The notes beneath the pieces are model-generated. The model worked only from the letters and a program-made list of their open reading frames with translations. It was not told where the DNA came from and did not search any database. Shown here piece after piece: positions 34,272 to 45,598 of a stretch of 64,000 nt of DNA. Source of the DNA: Neoechinorhynchus agilis (lineage: Eukaryota > Animalia > Acanthocephala); assembly GCA_051530055.1 (NCBI GenBank), contig CM121341.1:16160784-16224783 (forward strand). Reading direction: 5' to 3'. Made by a program: the position numbers and the translations under genes. Numbering within the stretch: position 1 is the stretch's first letter; every line of letters starts with the position of its first letter.

Positions 34272-35479
34272 CGAGTCTGATGTTGAAGTGCTCCCCTTCT
34301 GCCTGGAGAGATATCAACATTTCGAGGCGCATATTCTTGGTTAAAAATAGGAGAAAGTTAGTTCACAATCGATAAATCGTATTTATTATCCTAAGGTTCT
34401 GTTTTAAAAGACTCTTCCGCAAGTTTTCTACTTAATTTCACGTGTATGCGAAAATTAAGGCGCCTGCGTTTTCGTTGTCCGATTCCTCGACCTCCATGCG
34501 ATAGTCATCGTTGTAGTCCGCTATATCGTTAAGCTTCTTAATTTTCGTGTCCCGTGTCTTCCTTTGTGGACCTTTTTGAAGAACACGTTTCTTGGATTTT
34601 TTTAGATTTGGGCTCCCTGAGCAAGAAGGCCAGGAAGCTTGAACATATTGTTAAAGAGCGTGCAAATCTTCCTCTCGAAGGTTGCGGTCGCCTGAGAGAA
34701 ACGAGCTTGCATGGTAGCCAGTTGTTTGTTACATGTCTCGTCCAATCGTTTTCATGATAATCAACAGTTACCGCTTGTGATGAGGTTGAGGGCTCATATG
34801 AAACCTGTACGGATGCTAGGGAATGTCCAATCACGACTTTGTTGACAGGATCAACTACCATTAGCCCGCTCGTAAACCCTGCACTGTACGGTGTGTCCTC
34901 TTGATTTTTACTACGTCACTAGCAGGTAGTTTTACGCTGAAACTCGCTTTATTGCCTGCCATTGTATTGGCCACAGAGATATGTGCAAGACCGCAAGAAC
35001 AAGACGCCTTCGAGGATTCGGCTTTTTCTCTATAAATTCGGTGCCTTCAAAATCTATGCGGTTCGCAGATTAGTTATCAAAACGTCGACAGCTTTGTTTA
35101 TGTTGGTTGACTCTCTTCGGAATGCTCTGCATTGTTTTATCGATGTATACCTTGTCACATCGCCAACGACGCACAACCAAAGGGAACGAAATACCGCTGA
35201 GGGTAGGAAACTCACTTATGATTCCCGCCTCCTGGAGGTATCTGAGGATCCGGAGGAATGTATAAACTCATAACCGTATGGTTCGGGGTATAGAGTGATT
35301 TAATTACTCTGAGCCAGATCCGTGGGCTGTGTGCCCAAGGAAAATTATCAGCCATGGAAAAAGGCCGCACATTGATACTTAATAAAAGTTACCGGCTGGC
35401 CAGTCTTCAAAAGCTGTATTTTATACACCCCACAACGAGTCGGATCATTGTGAAACCTTCTTGAACGTGTTAGCGAGGG

Positions 35480-36050
35480 TGATATCTTTCTTATTGTACA
35501 CTCGAACTCCAACCTCCATCCTCATAATCGAATTGATCATTTGATTTGTTGCATCACCAAAACAAATTCAACTCTTTCCCGGACTCTGAGAGCGGTTTTT
35601 TGTTTTGTGTTCAGTGATTGCTCCTCTTAATACCACAGTCAATAATACACCTAGGATATCCTCTTATTCCCAATTCCCTCGCGATACTATTCCTTTCCTT
35701 CCTCCACGCAAATTTGGTGGATTATACTAGAAAGGCTCTTCGGAAATACGAAGTTACCGCGGAGATCTTGTGCCTCGTTGGTTGATGACTGGACCAGTGC
35801 GGTGGTCCCCAAGGCACGTTGGGCTCGCGAAATAAAGCAGTGCTTACGCTACCTTGTGTTGACCGTTTAATCAGGACGTCCAGGAACGGCATCTTTCCTT
35901 TGTAATTCTCGTTATTAACGGTCCATTGTATGTGCGGATCTTGGCTGTTTAATGCGGCCTTAAATGATTTGTAGCTGTGGTTTGATTCAATCATAATGAG
36001 TACATCATCCACATACCGCCACTAGTGATTAACATTCTTATGATGTGCCA
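35480..36050 (-). mobile_element. Decayed Penelope-like RT remnant
   Basis: VDDVLIM..., HIQWTVNNEN..KMPFLDVLI.R...STALFR, HKISAVTSYFRRAF, then a GYP segment. Confidence 0.8.
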
Positions 36051-36192
36051 AGAAAGTGGACTACCACTCCCGCATGTAGATGTCAGCTGAGGTCGGAGCT
36101 AATGGTGATTTTCGAATTACAAAATGTACTATCGAGATAAAATCTTTCAGGATGATAGAGTTGTAGTTATGGTAGATAAATTAATAAGGCAA

Positions 36193-36229
36193 TGACTGAT
36201 GAAGCTAGGCATCCTCGCGAAATATTTCA
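36193..36229 (+). ncRNA. Minimal hammerhead ribozyme motif with canonical CUGAUGA core, inverted relative to the adjacent PLE remnant
   Basis: UGA-CUGAUGA-A-GC(U)AGG-cau-CCU(C)GC-GAA-AUAU-U-UCA, followed by AAUAAA. Confidence 0.72.
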
Positions 36230-37776
36230 AATCAATAAAATGTGTTTTAACCGGAGAATTATGATCACCAGAACTACGACAAAATGTATAAATGTTGGGA
36301 ATGATTCTGTCATCCGGAGATTGAGTTTTAGTTTTTGATAAGTACGAATATCGAGCATTGTAGTTCAACATTGAATCTGTTCGCGGTTCTTCGTTCAAAT
36401 TTCGTAAACTTTTTCATTGCAAGACGGCTGACCTTAGAGAAACAACGTATTAGCAAAGTAAAGTGTTGGCCAAACCGATAAAAATAATCATTGCTTATAA
36501 GCTTAGAAGCATTTGAAAGTGGATGTTATCATGCGTTCAGTGTGTGGTTTTTGATGTTTTAAAACAACAATGCCCAAACAACTGCCCGCGGAGCTGTTTC
36601 ATTTAGGCCGCTCTTATTCTGATCTCCAAAACAACAAATTAATGTTACAAAATTAAATTTACTTTTAAGGGGTCCACCCATGTGCCGTCTTTCACTAAGC
36701 ACCTCGAATGCAGACGCCGCCGTTCCGGGACTTCACATTAATAAAAGCATCAAATTCTGAATGCAAAATCTTGGTTTATCATTTCTTGGATTTTCGGCGT
36801 CATAAAAGGACGATTTTGATTTCCAAATATTTGCGTCAAAAATTTCTATGTTTTAGTACCCGTGAGATTAATCTAAATGTCCAGAACGGTCCCCATACAA
36901 GAAAATGTCGACCACCGCTATTCTAAGAAATTCATTCATGCTTTTACGTCAACTATGACCGTATTTTCTGTTAAGACAATTTAATGTCATTAAATTCATT
37001 CTCTCTAATTAAACGTAGCGACGACCTCAGAATATAAAAATATATAATCGCTTCTGAAGAATAACCGAAAATATCATTAGAAACAAACGGATTTATTTCT
37101 TAGGTAACGCTATCTGAAAAAATAAAGAAGGACGTGCCAATGATAACTGAGGCAAGTTGAAGCCCTGTTTCTCAAAAATATTTATACTGGAAACGCAGAT
37201 AGATTTTTCATTAAACTTATTAACGCGATTGTCTCCTTGTTATGAGACAAAAACAAGTGAACTTCTTACTCGGCAATAAGCACTGTCCCACTAAAGTTAT
37301 AATCAACTGCGAGTTTGAGGAGAAGCATTAAAACGCCAAGGGGTTCAAAACTAAGCCACAGGAAGGCTTTTGAATATCAATTTTATGTACAGTTCACATT
37401 TCACATCTAAAAGATAAATAAATGGTACGATATTTTTACTGCTTAACTGAAAACTTTTCAGCGTTATTCGACTTGTGCCTAAATATGAATTTTATTTTCT
37501 AATAAGATTAAATCATGATATTCGATTGAGCGTAAGGCCGATCTAAAAAATTAGCATCCTTTCCTCACTTGCATATCAGCTGTTAAATGCTTTGCGTTAC
37601 AAATCCATCAATCGCACATCAACATCTCCTCATTACCCACAAACGAAAAGACACAACTCGCATTTCTTCGTGCTCCCGTGTTCAGAAAATGGCATCAAAA
37701 TGCTCGCAGCTCCAGACGAACAAAAATACGAAAAATGGATACTTTCCTCTGTGTGGAAGCGGGGTAACTTGGATTT

Positions 37777-37840
37777 CCTTATAAGGAAAACTCTTCTTCA
37801 TAAGATTGGCAGGCAATTATGCACAAAAGCCATATAAAAG
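37777..37840 (+). promoter_or_regulatory. Actin promoter: CArG box (37777-37786) and TATA box (~37833-37840)
   Basis: A perfect CC(A/T)6GG site (CCTTATAAGG) and TATAAAAG lie about 105 and 55 nt upstream of the actin ATG. Confidence 0.7.
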
Positions 37841-37889
37841 CAAGCATATTCCCAATCCACATCATAGCGTTATTACTTGACACAATTAA

Positions 37890-39020
37890 ATGGCAGAGGA
37901 CGAGGTCGCAGCAGTCGTGATCGATAATGGATCGGGTATGTGCAAGGCCGGATTCGCCGGGGACGATGCTCCTCGTGTCGTATTTCCGTCGATCGTTGGA
38001 CGGCCCAAATACCAGGCAGTGATGGTCGGAATGGGACAAAAGGACTCTTATGTTGGAGATGAAGCTCAGAGCAAGAGAGGAATATTGACTCTAAAGTATC
38101 CAGTTGAGCATGGCATCATTACAAACTGGGATGATATGGAGAAAGTGTGGCATCATACGTTTTACAATGAACTCCGAGTTGCTCCAGAAGAGCATCCTAC
38201 TCTTCAGACCGAGTCTCCGTTGAACCCAAAAGTGAACAGAGAAAAGATGACTCAAATCATGTTCGAAACTTTCAATTCACCAGCCATGTACGTGGCCATT
38301 CAGGCCGTCCTTTCTTTATACGCCTCAGGGCGAACAACCGGAGTTGTTCTAGACTCTGGGGACGGTGTAACTCATACAGTTCCTATCTACGAAGGATACG
38401 CCCTTCCCCATGCCATTCTCCGTCTGGACGTCGCTGGACGGGAATTGACCGAGTACATGATGAAAATCATGATGGAACACGGTTATGCCTTTGTCTCATC
38501 GGCAGAACGGGAAATCGTGAGAGATATCAAGGAGAAACTGTGTTATGTGGCGCTGGACTTTGAGCAAGAATTGGCTATTGCCGCAAGTTCATCCTCGATT
38601 GAAAAGAGTTACGAGCTTCCTGATGGTCAAGTGATCAGCATTGGAAACGAGAGATTCCGCTGCCCTGAAGCATTGTTCCAACCCTCGTTTGTAGGAATGG
38701 AAATCCTTGGAGTTCATGAAACCACTTTTAACTCAATAATGCGCTGTGATATTGATATCCGCAAAGATCTTTATGCTAATACCGTCCTTTCGGGAGGGAG
38801 TAGCATGTACCCGGGTATTGCTGATCGAATGCAAAAGGAAATGACTGCTCTTGCGCCAAGCACAATCAAAATTAAGATCATCGCCCCACCTGAACGTAAA
38901 TACTCTGTATGGATCGGTGGATCTATTCTCGCATCATTATCAACGTTCCAATCAATGTGGATTTCAAAGGAGGAATACGACGAAAGCGGACCTTCGATTG
39001 TCCACAGAAAGTGTTTCTAA
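37890..39020 (+). CDS. ACT: Actin, intronless, divergent paralogue
   Basis: Complete 376-aa actin ORF ([17 protein letters not shown]...IVHRKCF). Confidence 0.99.
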   Translation: MAEDEVAAVVIDNGSGMCKAGFAGDDAPRVVFPSIVGRPKYQAVMVGMGQKDSYVGDEAQSKRGILTLKYPVEHGIITNWDDMEKVWHHTFYNELRVAPEEHPTLQTESPLNPKVNREKMTQIMFETFNSPAMYVAIQAVLSLYASGRTTGVVLDSGDGVTHTVPIYEGYALPHAILRLDVAGRELTEYMMKIMMEHGYAFVSSAEREIVRDIKEKLCYVALDFEQELAIAASSSSIEKSYELPDGQVISIGNERFRCPEALFQPSFVGMEILGVHETTFNSIMRCDIDIRKDLYANTVLSGGSSMYPGIADRMQKEMTALAPSTIKIKIIAPPERKYSVWIGGSILASLSTFQSMWISKEEYDESGPSIVHRKCF

Positions 39021-40000
39021 ACATCCGTATTCGCGAAGCGAGATTAGCGTTCAAGGAAATAAATTCTAATTATTTGTTTTTGAAGGCAATTTTGTGAAAC
39101 GCGATTTGAAATCGTTTAAAATACACTTTTGTGCAAATAATTTTTACATGCGGCAGAAATTATTCATTTTTAGGCAGTGATATATGCCAATTATTATTTA
39201 CAATATAAAGGATAAATTGATTAAGTATTTGGAGTAATATGTTGTTGAATGTCAAAAAACCAAATGTTAATGACTTATATTTAGCCTAAAGCAGCTATGG
39301 TGCTCAACGAAAGGGACGAGTTGGCCTCCTCAATAACCTTATTCTAACAACCTTCGTAGATCGCATGCTTTCAGGAACCTGAAAAAAGGGGTAAAACTCC
39401 GAAATATTGGTAAAAAATAAATTTGTTTTCAAAAAATTAGCTTGCTTAAATGAGGATAGTCGAAAAAAGAAGCTTAAATTATAAAGTAATTAATGCACCA
39501 TTTAACAATCTGTTAAAATAACTTCGTACTGATTAGTGCTTGATATTTTTTAGATGCAAAATTTGTCTTAAATGCTATCGTAAAATTTATTTATAAAGTG
39601 AACTGCTGAAAACGCATTCGGAGATTGTTCTTTGATCGAATCAAAAGCTAATACGCTGCTTACAAACAAATAGATTTAAGTCAATCTCAAAGTTAAGATG
39701 ATCCCAAAAATTGCTGAAACCGTCCGATTTACAATTCTTTTATTTCTCGAACATATTCTAAAATATGCTTGGACTATTGTGTCTGAAAGTACGTTTCAAG
39801 AATCTCTGAATTGTTAAACAATGATGTTTCGTCTTGCGAAAATTCTCGTTCGAATTACAGAAGCGAATAAGAGTTGATAATAGATCTTGAAAAGATTACG
39901 ATTAGATGCAAATTAAAACGAGCCTTGATCGTATTAAAGATTGTTTCAAATTTCTTAGCTCGATAGATTTAAGAATTTATCAGACTAGAATATGTCTGTC

Positions 40001-42110
40001 CCTATAAAATATGATAAAATATAGTGAAGAAAATAGGAACTGAGAAATTCAATTTTATTGTGAATTTTCGGCCTTAGCGTAGGCCTTCTTCAGACTATCT
40101 AAAATGTATCAGTCGCAAATCCTATGTCCTTTTGGAACGATATCTGGCGGAACGCGTAGGTGGAGTGTGTAATCGCCCTTGTTGTGCATTGAAGTTCCAT
40201 ATATTAACGAGAATTGGAACTGTAATATTGAAACCTTGGTCAAACGACTCGATGGGAAGAAGGAGTGTGTTCTATATTGCAAGAAGGGACAGACAATGTA
40301 CAGCGTGTCGCAAACTAAAAGAACAGTTGAGGGTGCAACAGAGTGTGTTTATAAAATCCCCTGCACGAATTGTGATCAATCGTATGTAGGACAGACGAAC
40401 AATCTCAAGAGGCGTTTAGTTGAACATAGGAGGGCTGTCTCCAAACAAATGGATACGAAGTCCGCGATTGTACATCATACGATTGAGAGTGATACGAGTC
40501 CGTATTTAGCTGCTCTTTCAACTTCGGGTGCTTCTGGTCCATTTGCAGTCACCATTGAAAGTGAGACCTATCGTAGCTGCACATTAATCCTATAATTACA
40601 AATTATCGCAACTGACCGCAGGGTTTCCTAAAACATGCCTACCGGAGTCAAACAACGTGGTCATATCAGGAGTAGATTTTATCAATCGGCTAAACAGGAA
40701 GTCAATTTATGATTCGTGCATTATGATCTCAGCGGATGTAGTAACCCTCTTCACAAGAATACCAGTGGAAGATGCCATTGAACTTGCTATCCCACTACTA
40801 ATGGAGAGTAGCAGTCAATGGAATCTGTCAGCTGCCAACTGGCGCAAGTTACTTCTCTTTTGTACGAAATTCTCTAATTTCGAATTTGAAGGACAGAACT
40901 TCGATCAGGTTGATGGCCTAGCAATGGGAAGTCCACTTTCTCCGGTCCTAGCTGAGCTGTATATGAGACACTGGGAAGACTCTAATCTATCTAAACTGAC
41001 AGGGATACAATTTTGGTGTCGTTATGTGGATGACACCTTTATCATATTAGACCAAAACGAATGCACCGTTACTCGACTACAACAGGAGCTAAATGAAAGA
41101 GATCCCAACATACAATGGACATGTGAAAGGGAGGATTGTGGAGTTTTACCATTTTTGGATGTGAAAGTTAGTAGGAACCAGGATTGTACATTCTCAACTT
41201 CGGTCTACATCAAACATGGTGTGTCATCTCAAATAGTACCTTGGGTTTCAGCTCAGCCGCGTAAATATAAGATATCGAGAGTTCGATCACTGGTTAACCG
41301 AGCATACAGATATTGCTCGAATGCGTATTACCTAAATGATGAACTAGATCGATTATGGAATGTGTTCAAAAAAGCAGGCTATCCAAGAAAACTATTATTA
41401 TGGACATGGGAAAATGTCCAGCAAACTATCCGACGGCCACCCACAAAAGATCGGGATATCGTTCCTTCAACGAATGCAGACACCCGATATATTGAAGTTC
41501 CATATATTAACGAGAATTGGAACTGTAATATTGAAACCTTGGTCAAACGACTCGATGGGAAGAAGGAGTGTGTTCTATATTGCAAGAAGGGACAGACAAT
41601 GTACAGCGTGTCGCAACCTAAAAGAACAGTTGAGGGTGCAACAGAGTGTGTTTATAAAATCCTCTGCAGGGATTGTGATCAATCGTATGTAGGACAGACG
41701 AACAATCTCAAGAGGCGTCTAGTTGAACACCGGAGGGCTGTCTCCAAACAAATGGATACGAAGTCCGCGATTGTACATCATACGATTGAGAGTGGACACC
41801 AAATCGATTTTGGAGCAACTGAGGTTCTCGCAGAGTGTAGAAACCGACGGGATAGAACGACGATGGAGGCGATGTTTATCCAAACAGTGCGTACATTTAC
41901 GCACAACAAGGGCGATTACACACTCCACCTACGCGTTCCGCCAGATATCGTTCCAAAAGGACATAGGATTTGCGACTGATACATTTTAGATAGTCTGAAG
42001 GCCTACGCTAAGGCCGAAAATTCGCAATAAAATTGAATTTCTCAGTTTCTATTTTCTTCACTATATTTTATCAGCGATGTTAAATATATATTCGATACCT
42101 ATAAAATATG
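40001..42110 (+). mobile_element. Penelope-like element (RT + C-terminal GIY-YIG), 5'-truncated, with an inverted 3' end, a duplicated endonuclease segment and a 13-bp TSD
   Basis: ORF 40657-41979 has GLAMGSPLS, RYVDD, FLDV and CVYKILCRDCDQSYVGQT..RLVEH. 40012-40187 is the reverse complement of 41901-42073, and 40188-40490 directly repeats ~41491-41793. TSD CCTATAAAATATG at 40001-40013 and 42098-42110. Confidence 0.93.
40057..40098 (-). ncRNA. Minimal hammerhead ribozyme motif, intact in the inverted arm; the sense copy at ~41990-42025 has lost 3 nt of the core
   Basis: AUAGU-CUGAAGA-A-GGCCU-acgcua-AGGCC-GAA-AAUU-C-ACAAU: UUC cleavage triplet, then AAUAAA. Confidence 0.78.
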
Positions 42111-42347
42111 TATTTAAATAATCGTTCAGTGCCTTGGATATAAGGAGCATAAAAAGCGGAAAAGGATTTAGGAAGATAAAAAATATAAATTATACCTTTT
42201 TGATAAAGATTGCAAATTGTAAAGAAAGGTGACGCCAAATAGAGAATGACTCAAACGCTCAATTGCCCAAATTGAATTCGTCGAACAGCATCACTATCAA
42301 AAAATTTAAGAATTCATTGAATTAACACGGTTTGGCTTAAGAATCTC

Positions 42348-43913
42348 TTAGAACTCATCGTCACTTTCGACGAAACAGGGTGGTTGTTCATTCTTGTCAA
42401 ACGGTAAAGGCACTCTACCAATTGGTACGACGTCGTCCATTTCTTTGAAAGCATCAGCTTGAATAGTCTCTTCTTTCAATAATTTCCCTTCCCATTTTAT
42501 GATATTTTTTGGCCCGCAATACGATTCTATTTTATCCATACGACGTACTACTACATCGTTACGACACTTATTCTTTTCACAGTGAGGCAAGATAGTTCAA
42601 AGGGAGCAATTTTTGTAGAGCACCAAGATGTTGTACATAGTCATATTTATTTAAAGATTAGAAATTTTGGTGAGGCTTTTAATTTCAAAAGTATTTAGCC
42701 CAGATTCTTACGATATTTTTATGTAATAAATTTTTTTTAACTGTTGTATACATCCCTTCCACGGCTGATAATTTTCTTTGAGCAGTGATGCAATCACTTC
42801 CCTGGCCCAGATAGGCAATATGTGTGCCAAAGGAAAATTATCAGCCTGAATAGAAATGTTCACAAGACTTTAAAAAGTTGTAAAGAGGTTGTTCATGGTG
42901 ATATAGAGATGGATTTATTATTTCCCTTTCACAATATTTTGTCCGACTCGTCGGACTTCTTCAAGTTTAAATGGTAGACCAGGGTGGCTTTATTCTGAGT
43001 TTTAGCCTAGAATAAAGCCATCCTGACCCGACGAGACGGACGAAATATTGTAAAAGTGAAATAATAAATAAATCTCTATATCACCAAACTAAAAAAGTAT
43101 TAAAAATATCCATTAGATTCGTAAAAAGGAATTGTACAGAAAATGAGCAATGCATGAGTGCTGCAAGGTAAGGTGCCGGGAGCTGCGAGTCTTTGATATG
43201 AGTCAATTTCGAATGGAAATGAAAATGGTTGTTTTCTGGCGGAGAAATTAAAATGATTTTATTTTAAAATCCGATATTTCGGCACACTCTTGTGCCTTTA
43301 TCAAGGTTGTTTTGCAAGTGTGACCAAAAAACATTTTAATTTCTCCGCGTGGATATGAAAATCTCGAAGCATTATCTGCGGCTAAAATTCTCCACAATAC
43401 GATAATAAAAGGTACCTAAAAACTTAAACGCTCAAAGACAAAAGTTCACTTTTAGGTCATGGGTATAAAAGGAGTTCAAGGAATAAATGTCTGACTTTCA
43501 TTGGCTAATTGAACACAATAACAGTATCGGAAAATTGGCGACAAAGTGTCAAGTTCGCGTTCTGTGAGAGAATATGCTATTCCGATAAAATTACATTGCA
43601 GACATTGAATCCGTTTGCAGACTTGAACAAGACCACTCTCTTCAATTATCTGTTCGATTTCATCAACAACACAAAACTTCACTTTGTCCAACGCGTCGCT
43701 TTCGTTAATGTTTAATCCGGATCTTATTGAAGGCGTTACAACGCCGATCAATGATTTTTGACGATCTGTGATGAGTTCGAAAATCCAATCTTTAATATTG
43801 TGAGTCCATGTGACCGAAGGAACTTCTTCCGACAATTCAAAATGTATTAGCAAAGATTGTTGTTTCGTTGAGGACGAAAGTGTCCGTCGAACGGCAGGAG
43901 ATAAAATGACCAT
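42348..43913 (-). CDS. Degenerate DEAD-box (eIF4A/DDX-like) helicase gene or pseudogene; exon structure uncertain
   Basis: VILSP (motif Ia-like), VVTPS (Ib-like), LDKVKFCVVDEIEQII (II-like), YVQHLG (VI-like, ~42630-42650) and a C-terminal exon MDKIESYCG at 42348-42590. Confidence 0.4.
42763..43086. repeat. Two adjacent palindromic hairpins (42763-42846 and 42896-43086), MITE-like; partial copy at ~35325-35450
   Basis: GGCTGATAATTTTCTTTG/CAAAGGAAAATTATCAGCC arms, and TGGTGATATAGAGAT...ATCTCTATATCACCA arms with an inner GGCTTTATTCT/AGAATAAAGCC stem. TGTGCC(C/A)AAGGAAAATTATCAGCC and ACGAGTCGGA recur near 35330-35435. Confidence 0.75.
43215..43362 (-). mobile_element. Miniature PLE-end element with 17-bp terminal inverted repeats, a U3-A8 hammerhead variant (43271-43306) and a probable 12-bp TSD
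   Basis: GCGGAGAAATTAAAATG/CATTTTAATTTCTCCGC. Minus strand CC-UUGAUAA-A-GGCAC-aagagu-GUGCC-GAA-AUAU-C-GG. Flanks GGAAATGAAAAT (43215) and GGATATGAAAAT (43351) match at 11 of 12 positions. Confidence 0.68.
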
Positions 43914-44601
43914 TTTTAAAGTATTGATACTGAATGATTTAACCTGGAGAGATGAGGAGTCTTGCGGAAGAAAGATTGTAGTTAAGGAGAAATTTGGAAG
44001 ATGGCTATGCTGTTAAGCACTTGTTTTACTCAATCGAAAGATTTAACTGAGTGTCTCAATTAGTTTGGCGTTTTCGTGACTCACCCTATTGGGAAAAGCA
44101 ATGCTGAAGTTGCCTTTTGAATCTTGAATTCGTTTATAGACGAATTCTTATTTGGTGTTAAACGCAATTAAAGTGATTGGTTAAGTTTGTAAACTGATAG
44201 ACGAATTGCAGAAAATCAAAAGATTCGTGAAATACAAACGGTTTGAATGTGTGATTTGTTTTTATTAGCTAATTTTCTAATCAAGTTGTTCAGATAATGG
44301 ATGAAAGTATGAACTTGACAAAATCCGCAACTTTTTCATTTAGGTCCGCGTTTTAACGCGTTTGAAAACGCGATTGTACCTTAGGTTATTTATGCGCCAT
44401 CATAAATAATAAGTAGTTAAATTTGCACAATTTTGGGCAACGTCCGAACACTAAGGCACAAATATCAACCATTATATTTCCATATGGAACATTCCTATTT
44501 TCTAGAAAAAGCCTCATGGTAGCAGAATGTGAATCATATAGGTGGTAACTATCGAAACCTTCTACGCTCCCTTTACTTCTCTCAACTTCGATTTGAAGAA
44601 A

Positions 44602-45598
44602 ATGCTCCGAGCTCCATCAAAATTGCTTTCTAGCTTTAAAAAATGTGTATATACAAAATCGCTTCCTTACATAAAATTAGCCCGATTAGATCGTCCGGTG
44701 GCCACATTCACTTTAATTTGGCCGGCTTTGTCCGGTGTTGTAATGGGTACTCCCACATGTGTTCCACTCAGCCCAAGGCTTCTCGCAACGTTTGCAACCG
44801 GTGCTGTAGTTATACGTGGCGCTGCGGATACCATAAATGATATAGTAGATACTGAGCCAGATAGCAAAGTGGCAAGAACAAATACAAGACCACTGGTGAC
44901 AGGGGATATTTCTCAACGTCAAGCACTCGTATTTCTAACGGCTCAAATAAGTTTGGCCTTTCTACTTGCTCTTACTTTAATGCCCGTGATGATTTTGTCG
45001 CCTTTTGACGAAATCAGAACGCTCAGTAGACCAAAGAACCATAGTCATTGCTGCGTTATCACTAATTCCGATGACATTTTATCCATTTGCTAAACAATCA
45101 GTACAGTATCCGCAGATCGTGCTAGGTCTCACTCTTAATATTGCCTACATAATGGGCTACAATGCTTCAGCGAACTCCATCATTGAACACCCGTTTGCGA
45201 TGCTAACTATGTACACTGGTTATGTTATATGGTCAGTTCTTTATGACTGCGTTTATGGATGCCAAGATGCCAAAGATGACAGCAAAGCCAACATCCAGTC
45301 AATCACATTGAAATTTTATGATCGTCAAAACGAACGATTCGATGAGAATCGCCTAAAGCGGTTTCTTTACCTATGCATACTTTCAAGTTCGTCTCTGTGG
45401 TCAGCTTCATGCCTTCACCTCCATTGGACTGGTCAGTTGGGTATTCTCGGAAATCTGCTACTTACTTCATATGCGATCAAAGCATTTAACCCAGCCGATA
45501 TGTACTCTTGTCAAACTATGTTCAAACGAAGTGTGGTATTGGGTGGTGGATTTGTTTTCAGTGGATTGTGTGCATCTAGAATCTTTAGTGCATTGTAA
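44602..45598 (+). CDS. COQ2: 4-hydroxybenzoate polyprenyltransferase, 2 exons
   Basis: YIKLARLDRP, TINDIVDTEPDSKVARTNTRPLVTG, YPFAK, YPQIVLG and YDCVYGCQDAKDD UbiA-family motifs, with a basic N-terminal leader. Confidence 0.9.

Larger units (their letters stand above)
31466..34470. repeat. 220-bp satellite: about 3 units (31466, 31686, 31906) resuming at 34361-34470 after a 2.26-kb insertion
   Basis: The anchor TCAC(G/A)TGTATGCGAAAA recurs at 31466, 31686, 31906 and 34438; units 2 and 3 are nearly identical. Confidence 0.92.

Noticed and set aside
31466-34470. CRISPR-like or LTR interpretation of the repeats around the gag ORF
   Set aside because: Eukaryotic context; units are contiguous 220-bp tandem copies without unique spacers, and there are no TG...CA ends, PBS or PPT.
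34538-35273. ORFs 34538-34861(-) and 34962-35273(+)
   Set aside because: No motifs; probably decayed repeat sequence.
40657-41979. Selenocysteine-containing or N-terminal-endonuclease (Naiad/Chlamys-type) PLE
   Set aside because: The GIY-YIG domain is C-terminal and has no in-frame TGA.
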